Assembly: GCF_036321535.1 (NCBI RefSeq)
Contig: NC_087472.1
Location: 92,754,001-92,818,000 of the forward strand
DNA: 64,000 bases
Origin: Camelus dromedarius
Lineage: Eukaryota
Direction of reading: 5' to 3'
How positions within the stretch are numbered: position 1 is the stretch's first letter; every line of letters begins with the position of its first letter. Position numbers and translations under genes: made by a program. This document shows positions 1 through 12,554 of this stretch, piece by piece. Below the pieces are notes generated by a model, which worked only from the letters and a program-made list of their open reading frames with translations, was not told where the DNA came from and did no database searches.

Positions 1-250
1 GAGATTACCTACTGTATAATTCTATGTATATGAAGCTCAGTAACAGTCAAATTGATACTAACAGAAATCAGAAGTAGGCTACTGCTGGTATGCAGGAATT
101 GGCTGAAAGGGGCATGAGGGGAAGATATGGAGTGAAAGAAATGTAATCTCTTGATTAGGGTGTAAGTTATAGTTAGTAAAAGTAAAAAAAAAAAACACTT
201 ACTTAAAGACATACCTTTTTTTAAGAAGAAACTTTCACCTCAATACAAGA
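1..250 (+). mobile_element. Ancient LINE-1 3' end fragment (L1ME-like)
   Basis: tactgtataattcta...gaaatcagaagtag...aaggggcatgagggg...tcttgattagggtg resembles L1ME 3'UTR consensus. Confidence 0.6.
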
Positions 251-1219
251 ATTTAAAAAGTAATTACTGCCTAAGTATTTTCTTCATTTTCCTGAAAACA
301 CCAACTTAATAGTAACATCAATGCATTTTTAAATTATAAAATAATATTTGAACCTACAAATACAATAAGTTCTTTAATCTCATTAAATTATATAAAGGTC
401 ACAAATAGGTTTTTAAACAGGGTCTATTTCTCCTTCATTATTTGCTTATGTGAAATTTGGCGGGGCAAGGGGGAAGACCAATGGCTTTTTATGTCAATCT
501 GCTATCACTTTTTTAAGTTATATGTTGCAGATAAACTCTATAGAATGCAGTTAAATCTTTAAAATTTTAAACGTATGATGGGGATCACCAAGAAACTCAA
601 TGACATCTTAATATACAGCAAATATAAGTGTTTGAAACTACAATGAATTGGTATTGATCTAAAGGCATACTCTGGAAATTATTTTGAATAAAAAATAAAA
701 TTATCAGACTTTCAAATGATTTTAATTCTCTAAAATACCATATAGAAGAAATAAATTATTTGTCTTCTAAATAAAGGTAACTCACTACAGTTTCCTGACA
801 TAAAACTCTATGCCAAAATATTTATGGTTTAGACTTGACTCTTCTCAAGCTCAAATAAAATTGGAAGATTTTTTTCAGATCTTCTATTTCTAGTTCATTT
901 TTACTGAATGACAACAGATGCTTGATTTTGGAAAGAAACCATTTTCAGGACCAAATGAATAACTATATTAACAGGATTCTGAAAAGAACATTTAGACAAA
1001 TTTCAAATCTTTACGTTAAAATGTACTAAGTAGGAGAAAACAATCAGCAAGTATAGTTCTTCAAATAATTAAATCCTGAACTTTTAAAAGTATGTCAAGT
1101 ATACCCTAATGTATTGGAATATTTTATAAACTGAAAGCACTAACAGATTTTTAAAATTAAGTATAAAGTGATAAAAACTGTTCAAAATATTGAATCATAA
1201 AGAAAATAAAAATACTCAA

Positions 1220-4200
1220 ATGAGAAGCACCTCCAGAATGGTGCAATATCGACCTCTAAAAGTCTAGTCCTCTAAGAAACTAAAAAGAACACTGGAAAAG
1301 ATCGCCAAAATCAACTTTTCAGACCTTTGGAAATTAACCAAAAGCTGGCAATAATGTGAAGAGTGTTTATTCAAGAAAAGTGACTGAGTCTCAGTGAGTC
1401 AGTAATGAGCTTTGTGCCATTTTAACTTTCTCTATTCCTATCCTCCTCTTCTCTATTCTGTGTTACCCTTGAAGAAACAGCAAACTAACAGCCAATGAAG
1501 GGGAAAGGCTTGAAACTGGAACTTCTCACAGAGCACCATCGCAGGAGGATTATCACTATTTAATCTGTCTTGCAGCTTCCTTAAAAAGCGCCATTCAAGG
1601 ACTTCCCTTTATTTGACCTGACTCAGAATTTGCTCAGTGAGGAAAGTACTATCCTTAGAGTGTTTTGCAAAAATAATCAGCAGCAATTGCTTAAAATTTC
1701 AGCTTCCTGAGGTGGCGAACCAAATGGGAAAACAAGAAGATGGCCGAAACATTTAAAAGGAATATATGGGGAGTAAGATGACCATAGGCAGCTTTGAAAA
1801 GCTATGACATGTTTCTGGGGCCATGTGCATGTAAGGGCTGTGTGCATGCCCAGAAAAGACCCAGGACAGCCTTAATCTCTCACATCTGACTGACCTTGAT
1901 TTTCTGCACAAGCCAGAAGTAAAGACCCAGGCAAAACCGTCAAATGCCAAAGTGTTAAAGGTGTATTTAAACACACACAGAGAACCGCCAAGCAAAGGTT
2001 GGGAGAACTATTGGTTCAAGGCATTTTTTGAAAGTCTGTCTGATCACTGGATAACCAATAAGCTAACCAAGCAAATACTTCAGTGGAATATTTGAAGAAA
2101 TAATGACAGAAACTTTCAAATTTGATGAAAACCATTAGCCTATATATACAATAATTTCCACAAATTCCAATTATAAAAAACTCAAAGAAAACCACACTTA
2201 GACACATTAGTAACACTGCCAAAACTCAAGGACAAAGACAGAATTTTGAAAGTAGCAAGTTTAAAACAATTATCCTATACAAAGGAGTTTCATCAGGATT
2301 AACAGCTGACTTCTCATTACAAATCAGAGGCCAGAAGATAGTAAGATGAAATAGTGCAAATGCTAAAAGTGAAAGTCAACCAAGAATTCTACATTCAGCA
2401 AAACAATCCTTCAAAAATAAAGGAAATATTAAGACATTCTCAGATAAAAACTGAAAGAGCTTGTCACTAGCAGAATTGCCCAACAAGAAATATTGTCTTT
2501 CGAGCTAAAATAAAAACAAACACACACACCAGACAGTAACTCTAATGCACATGAAGAATTAAAAAGTACCATTAAAGGTAGCTACATAGGTAAATATAAT
2601 GAATAGTTTAAATGTATTTTTGCTTGTAACACTTTTCTTCACCCATCTCATTTAAAACAAAACTGCATAAAGCAGTAACTATAAAACTGTGTTAATGAGC
2701 TCATCTGGTTTAATTTGTGTGACAATATAGCACAAAGAGTGGAGAAGAAAACAGCTATACTGAAGCAGTTTTGTATACAATAAAATTAAATTGACATTAA
2801 TTCAAGTTAGATTGTTTTAATATGTTAGTTTTAATACATATGGCAACCACTAAGAAGATATTGCAAAATATACAGTAAAATAATAATGGAAAATAATTGA
2901 AATGTTCAAATTCCTAATATGACAAAAAATGACTGAAATTGACTCAAGAAGAAATAGAATAGCTCAACAACCAATAACAACAACAAAAGACACTGAATTA
3001 GTAACTGGAAATGTCCCACAAATAAAATCTCAGGCCCACATGCTTCACTGGTAAATTCTACCATATATTTAATGAATAATTAGCATTAATCCTTCAGAGA
3101 CTATTCCAAAAAATGGAAGAGTATGGAAACGCTTCTCATCTTATTGTGATACCCTGATTACCCTGATACCAAACCAGACTAAGACATTCCCAATAAATGT
3201 AAATTACTGATGAATATCCCTTTATAAATACAGGTGTAAATACCTTCAAGAAAATAATAAAAAATCACATCTAGCAAATTAAAAAAAAATTATACACCAT
3301 TACCAATTGGGATATTTCCCAGGAAATCAAGGCTAGTTTCATATCCAAAAATCAATGTAATACATCATATTAATATAATAAAGGACCAAAATCACATGAT
3401 CATCTCAATTGATAAAGAAAACAACTTTTTAAAAAACTCCAATACTCTTTTCATGATAAAAAATTCAATAGCTTAGCATTAGGAGAGTATTACTTCAACC
3501 AAATAAAGGGCACCTACAAGAAGTTCAGGACTAACATCATATTAAATGGTAAAAGACTAGATGCTTTTCCCTTGATCAGAACCAGGACAAGAATTTCCAC
3601 TTTCACCATTTCTATTCAACATTGCAACATAGATTATAGCTAATGAAATTAGGCAAGAAAATGAAATAAAAGACATCCAGAATGGAAAGAAATAAGTAAA
3701 ACTAACACTATTTGCAGATGACATGACTTTATATAAAGAAAACCCTAAGATATCGTCACACACAGAAAAAAAATCTATTAGAAATAATAAACAAGTTCAC
3801 CAAGGGTACAGGATTCAAGTTCAATATATAAAAAAAATTTGAATTTTATACACTTGCAATGACGAATCTGAAAATGAAATTTTAAAAAACAGTCCCATTT
3901 ACAATAGCATCAAAAGTAATAAAACATGTAGGAATAAAAATCACAAAAGAAGTATGATTTGGATAGTGAAAACTATAAAATACTTGCTGAAAGAAATTTT
4001 AAAAAACCTAAATAAAGGGAAAGGTATCCCATGTTCATGGATCAAAAGATAAAACATTGCCAAAATGACACTTCCCAATTTAATCTACAAATGCAAAGCA
4101 ATTTTGCAAAAATTGACAAGCTGTGCCTAAAACTGATATGGAATGCAAAGGGGAAAAAATAGTGAAAACAATCTTGAGAAGGACAAAGCTCGAGGATTCA

Positions 4201-5210
4201 CACTTGCCAATTTTCAAAACTTACTAGAAAGCTACAGTAAGCAAGAGAGTGTGATACTGGAGTGAAAACAGGCATTAAGATCAATGGGGTGGAATTAAGA
4301 GTTCTAATATAAACCTTCAGATTTACAGTTAGTTGATTTTGACAAGGGCACCAAGACAACTCAATGAGGGAAAAACTAGTCTTTTCAACAAATGGTCCAG
4401 AGACAACTGAATATTCACATGCAAAGTTGTATCCCTACCTTATATCACATATAAAAGTTAACTGCAAATGTTTCAGAGACATACAATTGGCCTTCTGTAT
4501 GGGTGGGTTCCACATCTGTGGATTCAACCAACCTCAAATCAAAAATATTTTTAAAAAAATTTCCAAAAAGCAAAACAAATTTTCCACACACTGACAACTA
4601 CTTACACAGCATTTAACTTGTGTCTAAAACTATTTACATAGCATTTACATTGTATTAAGTATTACAAGTAATCTAGAAATGATTTAAAGTATAAGGGAGG
4701 ATGTGTATAGGTAATAAGCAAATATTATGTCATTTTATATAAGGGACTTGAGCATCTAAGAATTTTGGTATCCATGGCAGGGGGAGGTTCCTATAACCAA
4801 TCTCCTGTAGATATGGAGGAACAAATATAAATACCAAACCTAAAACTATAAAACTTATAGAAAAGCATATAAAGCACAGAGATAAATCTTCAATACACTG
4901 GGTTAGGAAATGGCTTCTTACATGACACAAGAAGCACAAGCAAGAAAAAAAATAGAAAAATTGGGTATCATCAAAAATAAAACCTTATATACTTCAATGG
5001 ACACCATTAAGAAAGTTAAAAACCACTCACAGATTGAGAGAAGATATTTGCAAAACACATTTCTGATAAGAGACTTCTAACCAGAATATGCAGAAACTAA
5101 AAAACTCGTGCAAGTCAACCCAATTAAAAATAGGCAAAGGATTTGAAAAGACATCTCTTCCAGAAAGAAGAGACACAAATGACCAATAAGCACATGGCAA
5201 GAGGCTAAAT
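1220..5210 (+). mobile_element. Degenerate old LINE-1 (L1M4/L1MB/L1MC-like): 5'UTR, part of ORF1, inter-ORF, ORF2 RT and C-terminal region, with internal deletions
   Basis: L1M 5'UTR motif ccaaaatcaacttttcagacctttggaaattaaccaaaag; ORF1 remnant from about 2085; ORF2 remnants including the RT motif ctatttgcagatgacatg (LFADDM) near 3708-3725; many stops and frameshifts. Confidence 0.9.
4484..4827. mobile_element. Tigger3/MER2-group DNA transposon nested in L1 ORF2
   Basis: caattggccttctgtatgggtgggttccacatctgtggattcaaccaacc start, degenerate inverted end gatatggaggaacaaata, TA flanks; L1 sequence resumes afterwards. Confidence 0.85.
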
Positions 5211-8200
5211 GATTTTATTATGCTGGAAAAGTACTATATTAAAAATTACTTGAAATGAAAACAACATCTATAACAGTAAATATTTTGTTAGCTATTACAC
5301 TGTGATGGGAACTGATGTTTATAATGACTGATGTTTATATATAGGGTCTTGTTTAAAGGTGCTAGTTCACATTTTAATTTCCTTATAATAAAGGACCCTG
5401 ACTGATCTCCTTCTTGTGTCAACTCATTGGTTAATGGTCTGCAATGACTAATTTGAAGTCAGTCTCTAAATTTAGTAAAATGAAACTAGGATGTACTTTA
5501 AAGTGGCAAAATGATTAGTATTAGTAAATATACAAACTAATCTAAGATCTAGTCACAGGCCAGAATAGAAGAGGAAACTGGTGAGATATATAAACACTGG
5601 AAACTCTCATGCCCTTTGCAAAATTACAGTGTCAAGAAGAAACAAGCTGTAGACATAAAGGTGTTATTACAGAAAACAATATGAGGCAGTACACAAAAAG
5701 AAAAATGTATTTTACAGGAAGATTATTAACTTTGGGAATTACTAAAACATACAACTGTTGCTTTAAAGAATTCAACTCTTAATTTAGCTAACAGAAGAGA
5801 TACTAAAATGTTAATGACATTCAATATTTGTTGGAGAGCAAAACAAGCCACATCTTAATTACTTCTCTAACTTCATCTTTGCTGCCAGTACTAATAAATG
5901 AATAAAATTTTTCAACATTGATGACAGAAAAAATTAAATGTACAAATAGCTACCATATTATATAATTCCTTTTCAAAGCCACTGTAGCTGAAAGTTAAAT
6001 TCAATCCTTCAAATTTCAGAAAAAAGGATCAAGATACTTGTGGGTTCTTTACATGAATCAGAAAATAAGCTAATCAAATCAGAAGAAAACCTATTTATAG
6101 CCTATATCAAAATCTCTTCCTAATTTCACATTAAATGTGTTATTTGGAAATATTCTATTTTTGGTCCCATCTGTGATGTTTTATAATGAGTGAACACTCA
6201 ACTTAGTCCAATCTAGTCTTAATTAGACTAATGGATAAAAAGCCAACAAAATTTCCCACATGTATATCACTTTTTTGCTTTCAGTTTATAAACCTAGTTA
6301 ATTAAGAATTAGATTAAATCTGATTTTTGTATAACATAAATATTTAGGAATTTCAGAAAGTAGAGGTTATTGAAATGAAAATACATAGCTAAATAAAATA
6401 TTTATGTTCCAAATACATTTATACTGAGCACGAAAATATGGTGCATGTAAAAATCTTCTTAGAAAGTGTCCTAATTAGTGATTTTTTTCTTTAAATTTTG
6501 CACAAATAGCAACTTCAACAGCCAAGGTAAAAACTGCCTATATTCAAACAAATTCAGTTTAATTATCCACACTGCTCTTCTCCAACATTTACACAGATAA
6601 TGATTTCAGCAGATTTAGGACCACAAGTCTGCTTCCTACAATTGGGCTGCCTCTCAAACCACCTGAATATGCAAATAAACTGTCATGTGAAATGTCCCAG
6701 CTCTCTCTCTATCTCTGCTGCTCTATTATGGTAAATTTAAGCTTATCTCCAGTACTAATGGGGCAGACATATCCATGCCTTACAATAACAAAATAGTATC
6801 TGGGGGCAAGAGTAACCTTCTGATAAGGACCCTTTGTGTCACTGAGGCCTTGATTCTGTGACAAATAATCACAAAAATCAGGACATCTTTCTCTGTTGCA
6901 AAGAGGTGGCAGGGTCTCAAAAATGACTGTTCATCTGGAAAGTTAAGTCAACTTCAGAGTAGGCTAAAATGTGGATATGCCATGTACTAATAGAATGAGT
7001 CAGTAAGGTATAATGTAATGCTTCATGTACAATGTTTATGTGCAAAGTATATTATCAAATACATATATTACATTGTATTTAAATATAGTGTTCTCCAAGT
7101 TAAATACCTTCACATGTATCTTGTGCAACACCTATCTTGCATATAGCCACTGAATACATTAAATAGCAAATAATCTTGAGTTATAAAAAATTAAGTGCTA
7201 TTCCTTCTGATAGAAGAAAATCTAGGTTAAATCCTTCTCTGATATAATTTTACAGCCACTGTAACCACACATCACCTTTGACATAAATTGTCCTGTGAAT
7301 AGGGAGTTTCTTTTATTTGTCCATAGTCCCCTTCATGCTATAGACTTTCTGAGGGCAGAGAATTTGTTTATTTTGTTTACTTTTGTACTTCCAGAAATGA
7401 GCGCTGGTCTACAGTACCAGTTCAGAAATAATTCTTACATCAATTAAATCCCTTTAAACTACATGAGAAAAAAGAAATAAAAGTTCACATCTCAGTCTAC
7501 CAATGGCTATTCTTGGAGTTTACTCTAAGTTCACTAATCTCATACTTTCAAGTGAAATACATCAACCCTACAGAGATAGCCAAAATGACACCAATTTTCT
7601 TTAATAATTGAATGGACATAACTAACATATTTTTCCCATATGGCATATAAAATAAGATTCTACTTTCTGAAACACTGGAAATTCTTAAGCATATATAGAA
7701 TTTTTAAACCAATAAATTTAAGTGGTGATTTTCATGACAGTTTAATACTGATTTGTGCCTACAAGTAAGCAAATTATCCTCTCTCAGCATTTCTCTGGTT
7801 TTTATATTTCCATGATGGAACACAGAATCAGTACCCAGAGAAGTTGAAGTTTAAATGTCATTCTATATTAAGTATATGTCACTCAATTCTGAGTCTTACC
7901 AATTCAAATTATTTAAAAATAAGAAAGGCTTGAACCTCCATAGGTTTACAGGAATGCAAATAAACCCATGAGTCATTGCTACTGTATTCAAAATAGTATG
8001 CTAATACAATCAATTATTATTCACAGCTTATTATCAGAAAGGCAATATGGCTATTCAAAAGTACAGATGGAATTTATGAGTACACAAATAAAGAAAATAT
8101 ATGTTGATTGGTATTTCAAAAATAATTCAGAGGCTGTGTCAGAAGATGTTTGCTAAGAGCAGAAACAAAGCCTTCCAATGGAGAACTCAGGAGACATTCA

Positions 8201-8721
8201 CTTAAGCACAGTTTGCTGGCACCTAAATCCTTCAATATATGTCTTAAATCAGTGTGGCCCTGTATACTTAAATTTTAAATAAGATCATGGTAATGCTATT
8301 ATTGAGTACTTCGTATGTACAAAACATGGGGGACAGACTGAGAAGCTACAAATCAGGGCATGATGTGTTTTCTGTCCCCTAGGTGGTGGTAAGAGGATAG
8401 GATGGGCTCCTACACAAGTATGTAAAACACAAAGCAAAGGAAGGTAATTTAGGCTACTCTTTCAGAGTATGCTGATAGTCCAGATGATGAAATTGAGGGT
8501 CACAAGACATCTCTTACTGGAATCCACTTAAGAGGCAATGAGCTTAAATTGAAGTGCAGGTAAAATGAAGTAAGCATAGATTTGAATAGTTTCTCAGATA
8601 ATGAGTCCGAGATGGAAGAGAATAACCTTTATGAATTCAGGCATACTTTTGGAAGATAATTTATCTATTTTTAAAAGAGGCAGAGGGTGCCTGTAACATT
8701 GGAAAAACAAATTCAGCTGAG

Positions 8722-9214
8722 ATCTAGGCAGAATAGTGACCCCTAAAGTTGCCCACATCCTAATTCTGGAGGCCTATGAAAATTTACCTTATATGGCAAA
8801 AGGACTTTGCATGTGTGGTTAAGTTAAGGATCTTGAGATGCGAAGATTATCCTCAACTATTCTGGGGGGTCCAATGTGGCCCTAAGGGTCTTTATAAGAG
8901 GGAAGCAAGAGGGTCAAAGTCAAAAAAAACGGAGTTGTGATGACAAAGGGAAAGGCTGGAGTGATACACTTTGAAGATGGGGGAATGAGCCACAAGCCCA
9001 GGAATGCAGGCAGCCTTCAGATGCTGGAAAAGACAAGAAAATGGATTCTCCCCTTAAAGCATCCAGAAGGAACACAGCTCTGCTGACACCTTGATTTTAG
9101 CCTATAAGATCCATTTTGGACTTCTACGCTCCAAAGAAAAAGATAATAAATTTGGGTTTTTTGAAGCCACCAAGTTTGTGATAATTCTCACTGCAGCAAT
9201 GGGAAATGAATACA
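8722..9214 (+). mobile_element. MaLR solo LTR (MLT1D-like)
   Basis: ggcagaatagtgacccctaaag...ggactttgcatgtgtggttaagttaaggatcttgagatg...ataataaattt...gaataca. Confidence 0.9.
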
Positions 9215-9831
9215 TTAAGACCCATACTTAGAGAGTGGAAGGAGGCATTAGAGCCAAAGAAATAAATAAAAAGAAACTATTCCAAAAAATCGAAGGCAAG
9301 TTGAAGATGGAGGTATCATAGTAGATATCATAACTGGGGAGCTGGTTAAGGTGGAATGAGAGAGAGATCCAGGAGAATGAAATCTGAGAAAACTAATAAA
9401 CCTAAGGACTTTAACAGGCTACTGGCAATCTTTGAGTAAACAATCAAAGAAGTTACATTCATCATCTGAGAAATTCTTTTGTCTCCACTTTAATAAATTA
9501 AATAAATGAGAGGATACCACCAAGACATCCTCAAGAAGAGTCAATCATGTCTAAATGAAGCCAGGGCTACTGAAATATAACTACTGGGGAAGACCACAGA
9601 TACAGCATTAGAAGACCAAGGATATGTCATGAGGTTTTACGAGGTAAGCTGAAGAAAAGAAAGCACAGTGAAAGAGAAAATCCCTTTAAGGAAGTTCTTG
9701 ATCACTTTTTCCAGCAGCTCCTAGAACTGCTGGGAAACCCACACGTTAAACGGGCAATCTGGGACAGTCTTGGCATGGATACAGCAGCTGAGTGTATGCC
9801 TGAGCTGGCTGTAAGTCAAAGATGCAGCATC

Positions 9832-9853
9832 AAAAAAAAAAAAAAAAAAAAAA
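9832..9853 (+). repeat. Poly(A)22 tract
   Basis: 22 consecutive A. Confidence 0.95.
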
Positions 9854-9859
9854 GTAGCA

Positions 9860-10035
9860 GGAGTCAATGGAAGTGGTACTAGATTACAATGCTTGGCCTG
9901 ATGATAATTCTTACCAGCTGCCTACGACCTTGGGCAAACCCCCTTCCATCCTCTGGCCGAATTTCCCCTCCTATAACAACATGCAACTGAACAACATGTT
10001 CTCTAAAGTCCTTTCAGTGCTCAGTTCCTTTAACA
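9860..10035 (+). mobile_element. MIR SINE fragment
   Basis: gaccttgggcaaacc...ctctggccgaatttccc...tctctaaagtcctttcag core-like sequence. Confidence 0.6.
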
Positions 10036-10278
10036 TTGGGAATTTTCATGTCCTCTCTCTCCACCAACCATCTCCTCCAAGTCTTCCCCCTCCTAAATTA
10101 ATAAAATTTCCCCTGGCAATACCTTTTCTTCAAAAAAAAAAAGAGGAAAACTTGACCTAGGAAGGTAGATGGGAAGAAGTGTTTAGAGATGAGAGTGCTA
10201 TGTGGAAGGAACTGCATTAGGTACAATAGGAATGTGTCAAGAATAAGATAGTTCTTTTACATCATATAACAATCTAAC

Positions 10279-10482
10279 ACAGGGGTTGGCAACTTTTTGC
10301 TACAAAGAGCCTGATAATAAATATTTCAGATTTGTAGGTCACATAATGTCTGTGCCACATATTCTTGTTTTTTTCCCTACAATCCTTTAAAAAATGTAAA
10401 AATCATTCTTTGCTCATGAGCTGCAGAAAAGCAGGCTAAGGGCCAGATGTGGCCCAGAGGCTACAGTTTGCTAGTCTCCTGT
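10279..10482. mobile_element. MER58-type hAT-Charlie MITE
   Basis: caggggttggcaac start and gtttgctagtctcctg inverted end; gggccagatgtggccc internal motif. Confidence 0.85.
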
Positions 10483-10599
10483 CTAACAGGTCATTATCAA
10501 TGTGTACACAGAGAATGAACACAAAATGTAATATAAAGGTGGTTAAGGAAAATGTGGACACCATATTATGAAATTGCAGATGAATCTTTCTCAGGGGTG

Positions 10600-10930
10600 T
10601 GCTTCGGTGTGCATGATTGGGAACTATTTAAACGAGCTCTTCCTGTGCACAATTTGGTATCTTCTAAGTGAATCCTATATCATCCCAAAACAAACCAAAC
10701 AGGTGGTGAGAGGGGGAAGCAGGGAACAGAGCCAACACAATCACAGAGGAATAAAACTGGAGACCTAATGCTATCAAAACCTCTGGCTCAAAATATGAAC
10801 CGTGCTTAAAGCTTACCCTACATCTCTGAATATTGGCTAAAAAAATAAACCTATTCATTTCTGTCATAATTTAAGCCAGTTTGATTTGGATTTTCTATTT
10901 CTTTTGATCAAAAGCATGCTAAGTAATACA
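10600..10930 (+). mobile_element. Old MaLR LTR 3' part (MLT1J/K-like)
   Basis: aataaa...tttaagccagtttgatttggattttctatttctt...aaagcatgctaagtaataca terminus. Confidence 0.65.
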
Positions 10931-11324
10931 ATGTGAAGGAGATGCCTCCTTTCACCACTAAACCTCACTCAATTCCTGGCCTCCATCCTGTGGCATGTAT
11001 CATCTTCAGATGCACAACCCATCAATTACCTTATCCCAAAGCCTAAGAAAATCAGGGGTATGGTGAGGCTTAGAGATAAAGCAAGGCTGGGAAATATCTT
11101 GGTAATATTGTTTGCAAAGGGAAAAAGGTTTCTTTTTGCCTAAGCAAAATGTCTCAAGTCAAAACGAAGCACATTACAATATACTCCTTTATCATACAGG
11201 TTTGAATTTCTGTGTACATTCGTAATGCTGTTCAGAAGATGTTAGTCCTTGGAGAACTTTCCATCTTTAAGCAACCTAAAAAATTTCTCAATTTTAGAGA
11301 GTGGTATTGAAACTACAAATTCCA

Positions 11325-11390
11325 CAGTAGGCCGAATAACGACCCTTCAAAATGTGTCCACATCCTAATTCTCAGAACTTGTCAATGTTA
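11325..11390 (+). mobile_element. MLT1D-like LTR 5' fragment
   Basis: agtaggccgaataacgacccttcaaaatgtgtccacatcctaattctcagaac matches the start of other MLT1D copies in the window. Confidence 0.65.
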
Positions 11391-11702
11391 CAAAGAATAG
11401 CTATTCTTCATTTGTAAACAATCCAGTATATTGAGAAGAAAACATCCCACAAACACTATTAGATATAATGGAACTTCTCTAGCTTTTATATGTATACATG
11501 CACACACATTAATCGTTTCTAATTTACAGTACACCTAATCTTTCCTGTTTAGTCTTTAATCAGGTTAAAATGTCTAGGTTAGTACCAAGTTTTTTTTTTT
11601 TTCCATTTTAAAACAAGATAGGACACAGACCTTAGCTATATTTCATTTTCAGTCCTTTACTAAACAACTTTCTGCACCTGATAGCTTGAACTGTCATCTT
11701 CT

Positions 11703-12178
11703 TGTGCTGCATTATGCTTTGCCTATTGTCAACTCAGCATCCTCACGGCACCTTTGGAGTCTCCACTGTTTGACAAGGGGAAACCTGCAAGTAAATTTTC
11801 TAGAAGCCCTTTCCTTCTATGTCCCAGGGTTGTTTTGGCCAATTAGAGGCATTTGCACTTTATTTGGGGGTTGAAGAGAAGGACAGGCCATTAGTCTCCA
11901 CAGCAGTAACAGCAAAATCAGGTGGCAGATGTGGAGTTGCAGCAGCTCCTGAGTGAGCTCCTCCTGTGAGGCACCTGCTTAGGTTCACAGATAATCAGCC
12001 ATGGCCTCCCTCCTATCCAGTGTTCTGATTTCATGAACTCAAACAGTAGCTTCCCTGACCTCTCTGTCTTCAAACCTTCCAATGGTTGTATAATCCTCTA
12101 ATTCCCTGAGTTGAATCCCTTCCAACTTGCAAAACCTGGAGTGGCTCCTGCTTTCCTGATGAAACCCTAATACATACA
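11703..12178 (+). mobile_element. ERVL solo LTR (LTR33/LTR16-like)
   Basis: ggccaattagaggcatttgca motif; 3' end aaaacctggagtggctcctgctttcctgatgaaaccctaatacataca. Confidence 0.7.
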
Positions 12179-12309
12179 TTTGCTGTTTCTATTAACCCTG
12201 TGAGATCATGTTTTGTTGCTATTTGAGTAACAAAGCAGTTGGATCAAGCAGTGAGTAGGGTAATTCAAGACTGCATTAATATTTAGGTAAGAGGAAAACA
12301 CAGAAAGTA

Positions 12310-12445
12310 GTAGTCAATTCTAATCCAGGCTCGGAAACCAATTAGCTGCATACCATTAGGTAAATCACTTCAGCACCACTGACATCAGTTTCCTACATCG
12401 TAGGAGACGGGCAGACATAGATTATCATAAGGGTCATTTGAAGTT
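12310..12445 (+). mobile_element. MIR SINE fragment
   Basis: attagctgcataccattaggtaaatcactt...cagtttcctacatcgta. Confidence 0.55.
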
Positions 12446-12451
12446 CAAATA

Positions 12452-12554
12452 CAACGTGGGCCCTCTGTATCTATGGGTCTGACATCCTAAGGATTTGGAT
12501 CCACACACAGTTCAATCCACAGATGCCAAACCCGTGAATATAGAGGGCTGACTG
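12452..12554. mobile_element. Short Tigger-derived MITE
   Basis: Inverted ends ggccctctgtatc / gaatatagagggctgactg, TA flanks; related to the ends of the Tigger at 4484. Confidence 0.7.

Noticed and set aside
9832..9853. Poly(A)22 as the tail of a processed pseudogene
   Set aside because: No convincing TSD, poly(A) signal or recognisable mRNA sequence upstream.
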